A DNA stretch of 64,000 bases, from assembly GCA_020060545.1 (NCBI GenBank), contig JAGUZX010000026.1:16788-80787 (forward strand), written 5' to 3'. The stretch comes from Desulfovibrio sp. (lineage in GTDB: Bacteria > Bacillota > Dethiobacteria > DTU022). The position numbers and the translations under genes were made by a program. Under the pieces are notes generated by a model. It was given only the letters and a program-made list of their open reading frames with translations, had not been told where the DNA came from and made no database searches. Shown in pieces: positions 18,797-27,999 of the stretch (positions are counted from its first letter, which is position 1; each line of letters opens with the position of its first letter).

Positions 18797-20540
18797 AGAA
18801 CTGGACCGCTTGACCGCGGAAAAGATCGCTGCTGGGGAGGTAATCGAGAACCCCGCTTCACTGGTCAAAGAGCTGGTGGAAAACGCTTTGGACGCCGGCG
18901 CCGGCAGCGTCGCAATCGCGGTGGAAGAAGGCGGGATCAAGGCGGTAACAGTGATAGACAACGGCGCCGGCATAGAGCCGGGAGAGGTAGCCCTGGCGTT
19001 CAGGCGTTTTGCCACCAGCAAACTTACTTGCCTGGAAGACCTGGAATCAATCGCCAGTCTCGGTTTCCGGGGTGAGGCGCTGCCCAGTATCGCCGCCGTG
19101 GCCAGGGTTACGCTGACGACGCGCCGGCAGGGGGCGGCGGCTGGGACGCGGATCCGACTGGAGGGAGGGGAGATCCTGGCGCAGGAGGAAACCGGCGCCC
19201 CCGAGGGGACCGCCGTGGAGGTGCGCGATCTCTTTTTCAATACACCGGGGCGCCGCAAATTCCTGCGGGCTGCGCCGGTGGAGTTGAGCCGTATCACCGA
19301 ACTGGTTTCCAACCTGGCCCTGGCCCGCCCGGATGTGGCTTTTAAACTAACCAGCGGGCCTAAAACCATCTTTCAAACCACCGGTGACGGAATCCTTCTG
19401 CATGTTATCGGCGCCGTCTACGGCAACAGCTGTGCCGCGGCGATGCTGCCTCTGTCCTATGACGACAAGCGGCGCGGTATGTTTGCCGGCGGATTTATCT
19501 CCCCACCTCACCTGAACCGCGCCTCGCGCCGCCAGATCACGGTAGTGATTAACGGGAGGGTCGTGCGCGGCAACGCCATCTCCGGCGCCATGGAAAGGGG
19601 TTACGGCACCCTGCTGCCTTCGAAGCGTTATCCCACGGCTGTGCTGCAGCTGCAGCTGCCGCCCGCATCGCTTGACGTTAACGTCCATCCGGCGAAAGCC
19701 GAGGTCAGGTTTCACCGCCCGGAAGAAGTCAAAGAACTTGTCATACGGGCGGTAAAGGCTTGCCTGCAGCGTTCACTCGATCTTCCTCCAGCCCCCCGGC
19801 CGCGTGGCGAAGCCGGAGGAAAGGATCATTGGACGGTAGGGCCGGGAGTGCAGTCCTTTTTACATGAGTGGGGCAAGCCGCATGACCCGGAACCAGCTTT
19901 TGCGGCGGCAAAAGAATCGTTGGAACTGCGACCTGGCCCCGAAGATAAGCCGGCGGTCAGCCCGGGCCGGCTGATAGGGCAGTTTTTAAACAGCTACCTG
20001 GTGGTGGAGAAAGGGGATTCCCTCCTTCTAATTGACCAGCACGCCGCGCATGAGAGGCTTCTCTATAACGCACTGGCAGAGGCGCCGCCCGGGGCGAAAC
20101 GCTCCGTTCAACTAACCATTCCGCTAACCGTGGAGCTTCCGGCCGCCTGGAGCGTACGGCTGGAAAAAATAATGCCGCTCTTGGATGAGTCCGGTTTTAA
20201 AATGGAACCTTTTGGAGATAATAGTTTTATTATCCGAGAGGTCCCTTTTTCGGTGCACGGCGAGATCAAAACAACCGAGCTGCATGCCCTGCTGGAAGCG
20301 CTGGCCCTGTCGGAGCCGGCGCCCGGTGAAGAACGCCGGCAGCAAATCCGTAAAACTTTGGCCTGCCACGGCGCGATTAAGGCGCAGCGTCACCTGGCCA
20401 GGCAGGAAATGGTAAGTTTATTGCATGAATGGGAAAATACGGCCGATGCTTTTTTTTGCCCGCACGGCCGCCCGGCGGTAATCAGTTTTCACAGGGACGA
20501 ACTGGCAAAAAGTTTCCTGCGCCGGGGGAGGGCGAATTGA
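18786..20540 (+). CDS. mutL: DNA mismatch repair protein MutL
   Basis: Start trimmed to [38 protein letters not shown] (GHKL ATPase N-terminus); overlaps mutS end by 11 nt. Confidence 0.9.
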   Translation: [584 protein letters not shown]

Positions 20541-20541
20541 G

Positions 20542-21501
20542 ATGGGTGCGACTGAGAGGGAACCAAAACAGCCCCTGCTGGTGCTGGTCGGGCCGACCGC
20601 TGCCGGTAAAAGCGCCCTGGCTTTGTCATTGGCTCCCCGCCTGGATACCGATTTGATTTGCGCCGATTCGGCGCAGGTATACCGCCACCTGGATATCGGT
20701 ACAGCTAAACCCACGGCCGCGGAACGCAGTCTGGTTAGACACCACCTGATCGATCTTGTCGAACCGGACCGGGACTTCAGTGCGGCCGACTATCAGAAAG
20801 CAGCCTTTAAGATTATTACCGGGATGCGGGAAAAAGGAAAACTGCCGTTCATGGTCGGAGGGACGGGTCTTTACATCAAGGCGGTCACCGACCGGTTCGC
20901 ATTCGGCTCCAGGGGCGCCAACTCGAGTATCCGGGAAAAGCTTGCGGCACAGGTGCAGGCGGAAGGCAGTGCAGCACTCCACTCCCGCCTGGCTAATCTG
21001 GATCCGGGCGCTGCAGCGAAGATTCACCCTCGCGACCAGCGCCGGATTATCAGGGCCCTCGAGGTTTACGAGCAGGAAGGAACGCCTATTTCTAACCAGG
21101 TGGAACGGACTTTGTCGCAGGAGCCCGCGTACAATCTACTCCTGTTCGGCCTGAACAGGCCCCGCCACCTGCTCTACCGGAGGATCGAACAGAGGGTGGA
21201 TGAAATGCTCGAACAGGGCTTCCTGGCCGAGGTCCGCAATCTGCTTGACATGGGGTACCACCCCGGTTGTCCCGGTCTGCAAATCCTGGGCTATCGCCAA
21301 CTGGTGCGCTATTTGCAGGGGAAGGAAAGCTGGGGGGAGGCGATCGCGTCGATCAAGCAGCAAACCCGGCACCTGGCCAAGCGGCAGCTGACCTGGTTTA
21401 GACGGGATGAGCGAATTCACTGGCTGGAATTGGAGGAGGGGTCCGGGCCGGAGGCCGCAGCTGAAATAATTTACAGCAAGGTGAAGGAAATACTGCCATA
21501 A
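20542..21501 (+). CDS. miaA: tRNA dimethylallyltransferase
   Basis: 319 aa; P-loop GPTAAGKS, DSAQVYRHLDIGTAKP motif. Confidence 0.9.
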   Translation: MGATEREPKQPLLVLVGPTAAGKSALALSLAPRLDTDLICADSAQVYRHLDIGTAKPTAAERSLVRHHLIDLVEPDRDFSAADYQKAAFKIITGMREKGKLPFMVGGTGLYIKAVTDRFAFGSRGANSSIREKLAAQVQAEGSAALHSRLANLDPGAAAKIHPRDQRRIIRALEVYEQEGTPISNQVERTLSQEPAYNLLLFGLNRPRHLLYRRIEQRVDEMLEQGFLAEVRNLLDMGYHPGCPGLQILGYRQLVRYLQGKESWGEAIASIKQQTRHLAKRQLTWFRRDERIHWLELEEGSGPEAAAEIIYSKVKEILP

Positions 21502-21545
21502 CAGGCGAATAAAATAGATGAAGCCTAGAATTGGAGGGAGCCATC

Positions 21546-21788
21546 ATGAAAGGACCGATCAATTTACAGGATACTTTTCTTAACCAGATACGCAAAGAAA
21601 ACATGTTAACCACGGTTTTCCTGGTTAACGGCTACCAGATCAAGGGAGTGATTCGCAGCTTCGACAATTTTACCGTCTTGCTGGAAGTTGACGGGAAGCA
21701 ACAGCTGGTATACAAGCATGCCGTATCCACGATCATCCCCATCCGCAATATTAACCTTCAGGCGGCTGAGATTGAAGTTGAGGAATAA
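21546..21788 (+). CDS. hfq: RNA chaperone Hfq
   Basis: Sm-like motif (…[24 protein letters not shown]…[10 protein letters not shown]); ATG 21546 with GGAGGGAG RBS. Confidence 0.85.
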   Translation: MKGPINLQDTFLNQIRKENMLTTVFLVNGYQIKGVIRSFDNFTVLLEVDGKQQLVYKHAVSTIIPIRNINLQAAEIEVEE

Positions 21789-21820
21789 ACAACGCTTTAA
21801 TCAATAGGACAGTTAAAGAA

Positions 21821-21847
21821 AAGACACTTGCGGCAAGTGTCTTTTTA
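21821..21847 (+). terminator. rho-independent terminator after hfq
   Basis: GACACTTGC-c-GCAAGTGTC followed by TTTTTAT. Confidence 0.7.
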
Positions 21848-21965
21848 TGTACTGAGCGGTTCAATTCCGGCGGCGGCTCTGCTGCACCCCTGCACCGGAC
21901 GGTTTTCAAACCGCTTTTACCATTTAAGCCTCCAACGCGTATAATAGAATGACCGGCATAAAGGA

Positions 21966-22931
21966 GTGGAGCGGATGAATGTGATCAGGTACCAGCCTCC
22001 GGTGGAGCAGCTTTGGAAAAAAATAGAGCGCGGCGAGATGGCCACCCTGGCCGCGCTGGAAAACCTCAGTGAATGGGAGGCGCGCGGCAGGCCGAAGAAT
22101 AACGCCAATCACAACACAATTTTAACCGCGTCCATGTGGGAGCTTAACCGCCTGGTCGGGTTAGGCGAAGTGAAGCGGGTCGTCGAGGAGATCAAGGCCT
22201 ACATCGAAATCCAACAGAAAAGATCTTACCATAACTTGAGATGCAACCCCGTGACGCTACATATGGTCTTTAAAGGCAACCCCGGCACGGGAAAAACCAC
22301 AGTTTCACGGCTCCTGGGCCGTTTATTCAAGGGGATGGGAGTACTTCCCCAGGGTCACCTGGTAGAGGTGGAACGGGCCGACCTGGTAGGAGAGTATATC
22401 GGTCATACCGCCCAGCGTACCCGGGAACAGATCAGGAAAGCCATGGGAGGGGTCCTTTTCGTGGATGAAGCTTATTCCCTGGGACGGGGCGGTGAAAAGG
22501 ACTTTGGCAAAGAGGCCATCGATTGCCTGGTGAAAGGGATGGAAGACTACCGCAACGAATTCGTGCTGGTCCTGGCCGGCTACCGGCAGGAGATGGATTA
22601 CTTTATGCGCTTGAATCCGGGTTTGAACTCCCGTTTTCCGATCCAGATCGATTTTCCCGATTATACAATTAAGGAGCTGATGGAGATCGCCGTCATCATG
22701 GCCACGGAGCATCACTACCGTTTCTCTCCGGAGGCTAAACAGGCGCTGCGAAAGTACCTGAAAGAGCAGATGGCGATCAACGCCTATAACTTCAGCAATG
22801 CCCGCCTGGTGCGCAATATCCTGGAAAAAACGGTGCGGCGGCAGGCACTGCGCCTGAGCAACCGGATGGAGGTAACACGGGAGGAATTGATTACCATTGA
22901 AGAGTATGACCTGGCGGTGGAGCAGGCGTGA
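21966..22931 (+). CDS. spoVK: stage V sporulation protein K (AAA+ ATPase, CbxX/CfxQ family)
   Basis: 321 aa; Walker A GNPGTGKTT, Walker B VLFVDEAYSL, SpoVK-type N-terminal region; preceded by perfect TATAAT (21937-21942). Confidence 0.85.
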   Translation: MERMNVIRYQPPVEQLWKKIERGEMATLAALENLSEWEARGRPKNNANHNTILTASMWELNRLVGLGEVKRVVEEIKAYIEIQQKRSYHNLRCNPVTLHMVFKGNPGTGKTTVSRLLGRLFKGMGVLPQGHLVEVERADLVGEYIGHTAQRTREQIRKAMGGVLFVDEAYSLGRGGEKDFGKEAIDCLVKGMEDYRNEFVLVLAGYRQEMDYFMRLNPGLNSRFPIQIDFPDYTIKELMEIAVIMATEHHYRFSPEAKQALRKYLKEQMAINAYNFSNARLVRNILEKTVRRQALRLSNRMEVTREELITIEEYDLAVEQA

Positions 22932-23548
22932 ATAAAAACATCGCCGTGGTCGGAGCGGCAAAGGAGGGAAAAACCCTATTTTGCATCAATTTTGCAGAAT
23001 TCATGGGGGCAAGGAGCCTTTGTTATACTGAAAGAAGCCCTTCCGGGATCGGGAGGGGAGTCGTATCCCCCGCAACAGCCCGTGAGCTGATGGTCGATCC
23101 CGGCCCGCGCTGCAACGGGGTAGTGCGCTCCTTTGCCGTAAACCTGCTGCAGCGGCAGCCGCAGCGCCTCGCCCTGGTTGATACCGCTTCACTCAAGGAG
23201 CAGTCGCCCCTGCCACATGCGGAACGGAAGAAGCTTGTCGCCACCCTGCAGGCGCTCCGGGAAGCCGACATTATCCTGCACCTGCTGGATCTGGCCTGTA
23301 ACGACCCGGCCCGGATCGATTTTTCCAGTGAGGCCAACCGCTTTTTGAGCAGCTACTGCTTGCGGCACGGCAAACAATACCTGGTCATCGGCACCAAATG
23401 CGACCTGCTCAACGGCCGAAAAGGGATGATCCGACACTTCTTCTCCCCGGACAGCAAACCGCTCTTCATTTCTTCCACAACCAGAGAAGGATTTGCCCAA
23501 TTGCGGCATTTGCTGCTCAGTAAATCGGGCTGTTTCATGGTTCAATGA
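22928..23548 (+). CDS. small GTPase-like P-loop protein with degenerate G3 motif
   Basis: 206 aa; G1 GAAKEGKT, G3-like DTAS (no Gly), G4-like TKCD; GTG start overlaps spoVK stop (GTGA), implying translational coupling. Confidence 0.5.
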   Translation: MNKNIAVVGAAKEGKTLFCINFAEFMGARSLCYTERSPSGIGRGVVSPATARELMVDPGPRCNGVVRSFAVNLLQRQPQRLALVDTASLKEQSPLPHAERKKLVATLQALREADIILHLLDLACNDPARIDFSSEANRFLSSYCLRHGKQYLVIGTKCDLLNGRKGMIRHFFSPDSKPLFISSTTREGFAQLRHLLLSKSGCFMVQ

Positions 23549-23563
23549 CCCCCGGCAATAGGC

Positions 23564-23902
23564 TCAACGCTTGCCTTTATAACCCCTTAAATTGGAGGAA
23601 ACAAGGTCCTGTTCGGAAAGGTAAAACCTTTCATCTTCGGTAACCCGGACAATCCGGGCTTCAATCAAAGCCTGAAGGGCATTGGGCCTGAAGTCGCGCA
23701 ATGAGACAACGCGATCGAAGAAGTTCTGGGGTTTAAGACCCAGTTCGCTCATTGTTTTCGCGCTCGCGGTATCGACAGCATGATGAACCTGGAAAATTTT
23801 AATCACGGCTCCAAAGGCTCTTCTGATGCGATAGATGGGAACAGCCAGGGCCAGGACAACTAGACAGGCGACGGCCAAAACGGTTAAAACTTTGGTCGGC
23901 AT
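23564..23902 (-). CDS. hypothetical N-terminally membrane-anchored protein
   Basis: Start trimmed to MPTKVLTVLAVACLVVLALAV… (single TM) ; no recognisable catalytic motif. Confidence 0.4.
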   Translation of the reverse strand: MPTKVLTVLAVACLVVLALAVPIYRIRRAFGAVIKIFQVHHAVDTASAKTMSELGLKPQNFFDRVVSLRDFRPNALQALIEARIVRVTEDERFYLSEQDLVSSNLRGYKGKR

Positions 23903-24247
23903 ATATTGCAGCACTCCTTCACGGAAGTTTCCTGCCGGTGTTGGTTGTTTGCCACGGTATTGCCAGCACAACCGGCTCTAATTTTCCGGCATTACGCGAT
24001 CCCCCATATTATACCACAATGCTTCCCCAAATAAAGTCCAGTCAGTTTACTTGGTCCGGCTCCAGGCACAGGCCATGTGCCGGGAAACCGTTATCGGCAG
24101 GATTTGCTTTTGCAGCCAAATATCTTTGGCTAAACGCTTTTAGTTACCAGCGGTGCCGGCACTTTTTCCTTGATTTTAAAGGGTAAAAGCAACTCATGTC
24201 GAATAAATAGATGAACCGGTTTTCATGATTAACAATTTAGATATGGA

Positions 24248-25903
24248 ATGAGCTCGATGCAGAAAGATTTACTGAATAAGAGCGGTTTTTATCAATGGTG
24301 GCTGTTATTTATTGCGTTGGGCGCTGTTCTTTTAGTTGTTGCTGCTTACACCCTGGAGAAGCCTTTCTTTTTGATCCCGGGTTTCATTATTTATACCGGG
24401 GTTAGCGGCTTGCTTTTACAACGCTTGTACCGTGAATTTCTAAAAGTTCAGGAGTACCTTTATGCGCAAAGCCGGGAAGACCAGCTCACAGGCGTAAAAA
24501 ATAGGCGTTATCTCAAGGAGCGGATGAAGGAACTTCTGACCCGGTATGAAAGAAATGGCGCAGGATTTGGCGTCATCTTTTTCGACCTCGATGATTTTAA
24601 AAGTTTCAATAGTCAATACGGGCACACCACCGGCGATCTCCTGCTCCAAGAAGTGGCCCAATTTTTAGAAGGATCGACCCGGGAACATGAACCGCTGGCC
24701 AGGTACGGAGGCGATGAATTTGTGCTGCTGCTCCCCGGTAGTACATTGAAAGAGGTCCGTGAAACGGCGGAGCGGATCCGGCTGGAACTGGCGGGAAAAG
24801 TGTTTGAAGTAGGCGGCAAACAGTTTTTGCTGCAAATTAGCGGCGGGGTATCCGTCTGCCCTGAAGACGGCACTGAATTGGAGGAGTTGCTGGAGGTCGC
24901 CGATAAAAACCTGCACCAGGCCAAAGAAAAAGGCAATCAGATTGCCAGTTCGTTCAGCTCAGTCAAAACTTATGAGCAGATTTCCGACCTTTATCCGCCG
25001 CTGATGATCAACGAAGGGGACGATTATCTGGATAAAGTGGGGAAGCAAACGACCCAGCTTTATCTTCTGGCCAAAAACGGAGATCTGGAGGTGATCAGGC
25101 AATCGATTGTGGCTGACAAGGTATTCAGCCTCTGGGGAGAGAAGGGTTTATTCGAGTTTTATTACATCCTGGAAGGTGAAATCCTGGACCCCGAAGAGGG
25201 CAGGGTCCTCAAACCGGGCACTTCAATTATTGTCCGTAACTTGGCCGGACAGGTCTATTTCCGAACCATCACGGACTGCACCCTTCTTTATGTCACCACC
25301 ACCCCTGTTTTTGAAAATCAGCAGAAACAGATTCGCGAACTGCTCGCCCTGAATAAAAAGGTGGAAATCAAAGATCAACAAACCGAGGAACACTGTACCC
25401 GCTTGCAGATACTATCACGGCGCACCGGTGAAAAGCTGATGTTAAAAGAAGAGCGCCTGTTCGCCCTTGAATATGCTTCCTTTTTGCATGACATAGGCAA
25501 GGCGGAGGTTTCCGCCTCAATTTTACGTAAACCGGCGACACTGAACAAAGAAGAATGGGAGGTAATGAGGCAGCATTCGGGGTGGGGGCGGGACTTGATT
25601 CTCAAACATTTAAGAATAAGTTTTTTTGAAAGAGTGGCCGATATTGTCTACCAGCACCATGAACGCTATGACGGAAAAGGTTACCCGCAGGCGCTGGCCG
25701 GAGATAAAATTTTGCTCGAAGCCCAGATCCTGGCGCTGGTGGATGCCTATGACGCCATGACCACCAACCGGCCTTATCGAAAGGGAGCGGCCCGGGAAGC
25801 TGCCTTAAGGGAAATCAAGGCCAACCAGGGCACTCAATTCGCTCCCCGGGTGGTGGAAGCATTTCTGGCGGCGGAAGCTGAAATTAATCTGGAGAAGGAC
25901 TAG
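24248..25903 (+). CDS. membrane-anchored diguanylate cyclase (GGDEF) - cupin-like - HD-GYP phosphodiesterase fusion protein
   Basis: 551 aa; 2 N-terminal TM helices; intact RYGGDEF motif; central beta-rich cupin-like segment; C-terminal HD (FLHDIGK) and HHERYDGKGYP (HD-GYP) motifs. Confidence 0.8.
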   Translation: MSSMQKDLLNKSGFYQWWLLFIALGAVLLVVAAYTLEKPFFLIPGFIIYTGVSGLLLQRLYREFLKVQEYLYAQSREDQLTGVKNRRYLKERMKELLTRYERNGAGFGVIFFDLDDFKSFNSQYGHTTGDLLLQEVAQFLEGSTREHEPLARYGGDEFVLLLPGSTLKEVRETAERIRLELAGKVFEVGGKQFLLQISGGVSVCPEDGTELEELLEVADKNLHQAKEKGNQIASSFSSVKTYEQISDLYPPLMINEGDDYLDKVGKQTTQLYLLAKNGDLEVIRQSIVADKVFSLWGEKGLFEFYYILEGEILDPEEGRVLKPGTSIIVRNLAGQVYFRTITDCTLLYVTTTPVFENQQKQIRELLALNKKVEIKDQQTEEHCTRLQILSRRTGEKLMLKEERLFALEYASFLHDIGKAEVSASILRKPATLNKEEWEVMRQHSGWGRDLILKHLRISFFERVADIVYQHHERYDGKGYPQALAGDKILLEAQILALVDAYDAMTTNRPYRKGAAREAALREIKANQGTQFAPRVVEAFLAAEAEINLEKD

Positions 25904-25953
25904 TTCCGGATTTATCATTAAGCCTAAGCAAAATCGAAACAATTAACCAGAGT

Positions 25954-25990
25954 AAAGGCTTATAACCTGAAGCAGGCATAAGCCTTTAAA
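25954..25990 (+). terminator. stem-loop terminator-like element after GGDEF/HD-GYP gene
   Basis: AAGGCTTAT-(14 nt)-ATAAGCCTT followed by TTAAAAC. Confidence 0.35.
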
Positions 25991-26099
25991 ACATGAAAGC
26001 GATGTTTTGACGCAACTTACTTTTCCCAACCCATTTTATTTTTTACTTACTTTTTGATGCTCCGGAAAACGCCGGCGTAATTATCCAGTAACTTGAGCG

Positions 26100-26303
26100 T
26101 CAAAATCTGAATTTCCCTGCTACTTCGATCGGATTGTTGGCTGCCCGCGAAATTGAATTGGCCGTATACTTAGCCACGTAAGGTACATACACCAGCCCAT
26201 TTTCTAAATCGACTTCAGCAGTTTTGCCATTTGCCAGCGCTGCCGAACAAAAGGAAAACACGACTACCAGTACCAACAACAGGACCAGCGTTCGCTTAAG
26301 CAT
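26100..26303 (-). CDS. small secreted protein (signal peptide, 67 aa)
   Basis: Start trimmed to MLKRTLVLLLVLVVVFSFCSAALANGK… (ATG 26303, GGAGGGAAT RBS); no known domain. Confidence 0.45.
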   Translation of the reverse strand: MLKRTLVLLLVLVVVFSFCSAALANGKTAEVDLENGLVYVPYVAKYTANSISRAANNPIEVAGKFRF

Positions 26304-26633
26304 CTTATTCCCTCCTTTCTCACTCCCGGCAGTCTTTAAAAGTGCCAGGTAATTTGGGTTATACCGCTTGTACAATTTAAAAGCTGTTCTCCTCTTCGCA
26401 TCCTGGCAACCATAGCCTTACGGCCTTAGGCCCATAGCTTTGCGCCCTTTTCTTTTCAGAAAAGTTAGCCCCTTTGATAAATAACAGCAATATTGGGGTT
26501 TTTACTTATATTTTCTTGTATTGTAGCATTTAATCCTGTGCATGTCAAACATATTTTTCTCTTTTATTTTTCTCTTTTAAAGAATTTTTTTATGATTTTT
26601 TCAAATTTCTTTCGAGTCAGGGTGATCTTTGAA

Positions 26634-26672
26634 ATAACTTTACATTGTGATAAGATAATTATAGTTTATCAC
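26634..26672 (+). promoter_or_regulatory. promoter-like TTTACA/TATAGT with overlapping operator-like palindrome TGTGATAA-N12-TTATCACA upstream of hflX
   Basis: AT-rich 300-bp intergenic region; perfect 8-bp inverted repeat TGTGATAA…TTATCACA ending 8 nt before AAAGGA RBS. Confidence 0.35.
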
Positions 26673-26718
26673 AGAAAGGATTGGAAGGCTGCTGCCGGAG
26701 AAAACGATTCTGGTCGGT

Positions 26719-27999
26719 TTGGAAAGACCGAGCCCGGAAGGCGAAACCGGGTTTGCCCTGGAGGAGCTGGAGCTGCTGGCGCAGACCGCCGGCGCGACGG
26801 TGCTTTCAACCATAATCCAAAAAAAAGTGGCCCCTGATCCGGCATACTACATCGGGCCGGGGAAAGCCCGTGAAGTGGCCGCTCTGGTGAACCGTCTAGG
26901 AGCCGACCTGGTTATTTTTAATGACGAACTTTCGCCTACCCAGGTGCGCAACCTGGATCAGCTGCTTGGTGTCAAAACGATCGATCGCACCGCTTTGATC
27001 CTGGACATTTTCGCCCGCCGGGCCCGCTCGCGCGCGGGAAAGCTCCAAGTGGAACTGGCCCAACTGCAATACCTGCTGCCCCGTTTAATCGGCCTGGGCC
27101 ACCGGCTTTCCCGGTTGGGGGGTGGGATTGGGACCAGGGGCCCCGGCGAAACCCAGCTGGAAATAGACCGGCGGGTAATCCGGCACCGCATCGGGGAGCT
27201 GCGGCGGGAGATCGCCGCACTGCGCCGCCACCGCTCACTGCACCGGCAGCAGCGGCGGCGGAACCGTTTAACCGTAGCCGCCCTGGTTGGTTATACCAAC
27301 GCGGGAAAATCGACACTCTTAAATGCCCTGACCGGCGCCGACCTTTACACCGAGGATAAACTTTTCGCCACCCTTGATTCTTCGGTGAGGCGGGGTATTT
27401 TGCAAGACGGGCGAACCGTCCTCTTTTTGGATACAGTCGGCTTCATTCACCACCTCCCCCGGCAGCTGGTGACAGCTTTCCAGGCCACCTTGGAAGAGAT
27501 CGGCGCTGCAGACATCCTGCTCCATGTGGTGGATATCAATCATCACCATTACCTGGATCAGATTGCGATCGTGCGGGAGCACCTGTCCCGGATTGAACCG
27601 GATTTCTACCGGCGGGAGCTGCTGGTTTTTAATAAAGTCGACCTGTCCAACAACGGGCCCGGCGAAAACTTCCTGCAACGGGAATTTCCCGGCGCCTGCT
27701 TCGTTTCCGGGCTCACCGGCGCCGGGTTGGCGGAGCTCAAAACCGCCGTGGCCCGGGTAATCGATCACTGTTATAAAACTGTGAAAGCCTATCTGCCCTA
27801 TTGTGAAAACGCTCTTTTCCACCAGATCAGGCGAAGCGGGAGCATCCTGGCCGTGGACTATCAACCCGGCTACCTGGCGGTAGAAGCCAGGGTAGACCCG
27901 GGTATGGCCGACAGGCTTTACCCTTATGCAAACCCTCCCGCCGCCGATCCAGTTTCCCCGAGAACAGAGCAGGCGGAAAGAGAGGCAAAGGATGCATAA
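26719..27999 (+). CDS. hflX: GTPase HflX
   Basis: 426 aa from TTG 26719; HflX N-domain (ELAQLQYLLPRL, GPGETQLEIDRR), G-domain GYTNAGKST, DTVGF; HflX-like sequence (…KTILVGLERP…) continues in frame upstream to about 26680 without a canonical start, so true start may be non-canonical. Confidence 0.85.
   Translation: MERPSPEGETGFALEELELLAQTAGATVLSTIIQKKVAPDPAYYIGPGKAREVAALVNRLGADLVIFNDELSPTQVRNLDQLLGVKTIDRTALILDIFARRARSRAGKLQVELAQLQYLLPRLIGLGHRLSRLGGGIGTRGPGETQLEIDRRVIRHRIGELRREIAALRRHRSLHRQQRRRNRLTVAALVGYTNAGKSTLLNALTGADLYTEDKLFATLDSSVRRGILQDGRTVLFLDTVGFIHHLPRQLVTAFQATLEEIGAADILLHVVDINHHHYLDQIAIVREHLSRIEPDFYRRELLVFNKVDLSNNGPGENFLQREFPGACFVSGLTGAGLAELKTAVARVIDHCYKTVKAYLPYCENALFHQIRRSGSILAVDYQPGYLAVEARVDPGMADRLYPYANPPAADPVSPRTEQAEREAKDA

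Noticed and set aside
18344-19369. 341-aa minus-strand ORF across mutS/mutL junction
   Set aside because: Antisense to two highly conserved genes; Ser/Ala/Arg-rich nonsense composition.
21855-21905. tRNA-like T-arm sequence GGTTCAATTCC after hfq terminator
   Set aside because: No acceptor stem, D-arm or anticodon arm can be built around it; not a tRNA.
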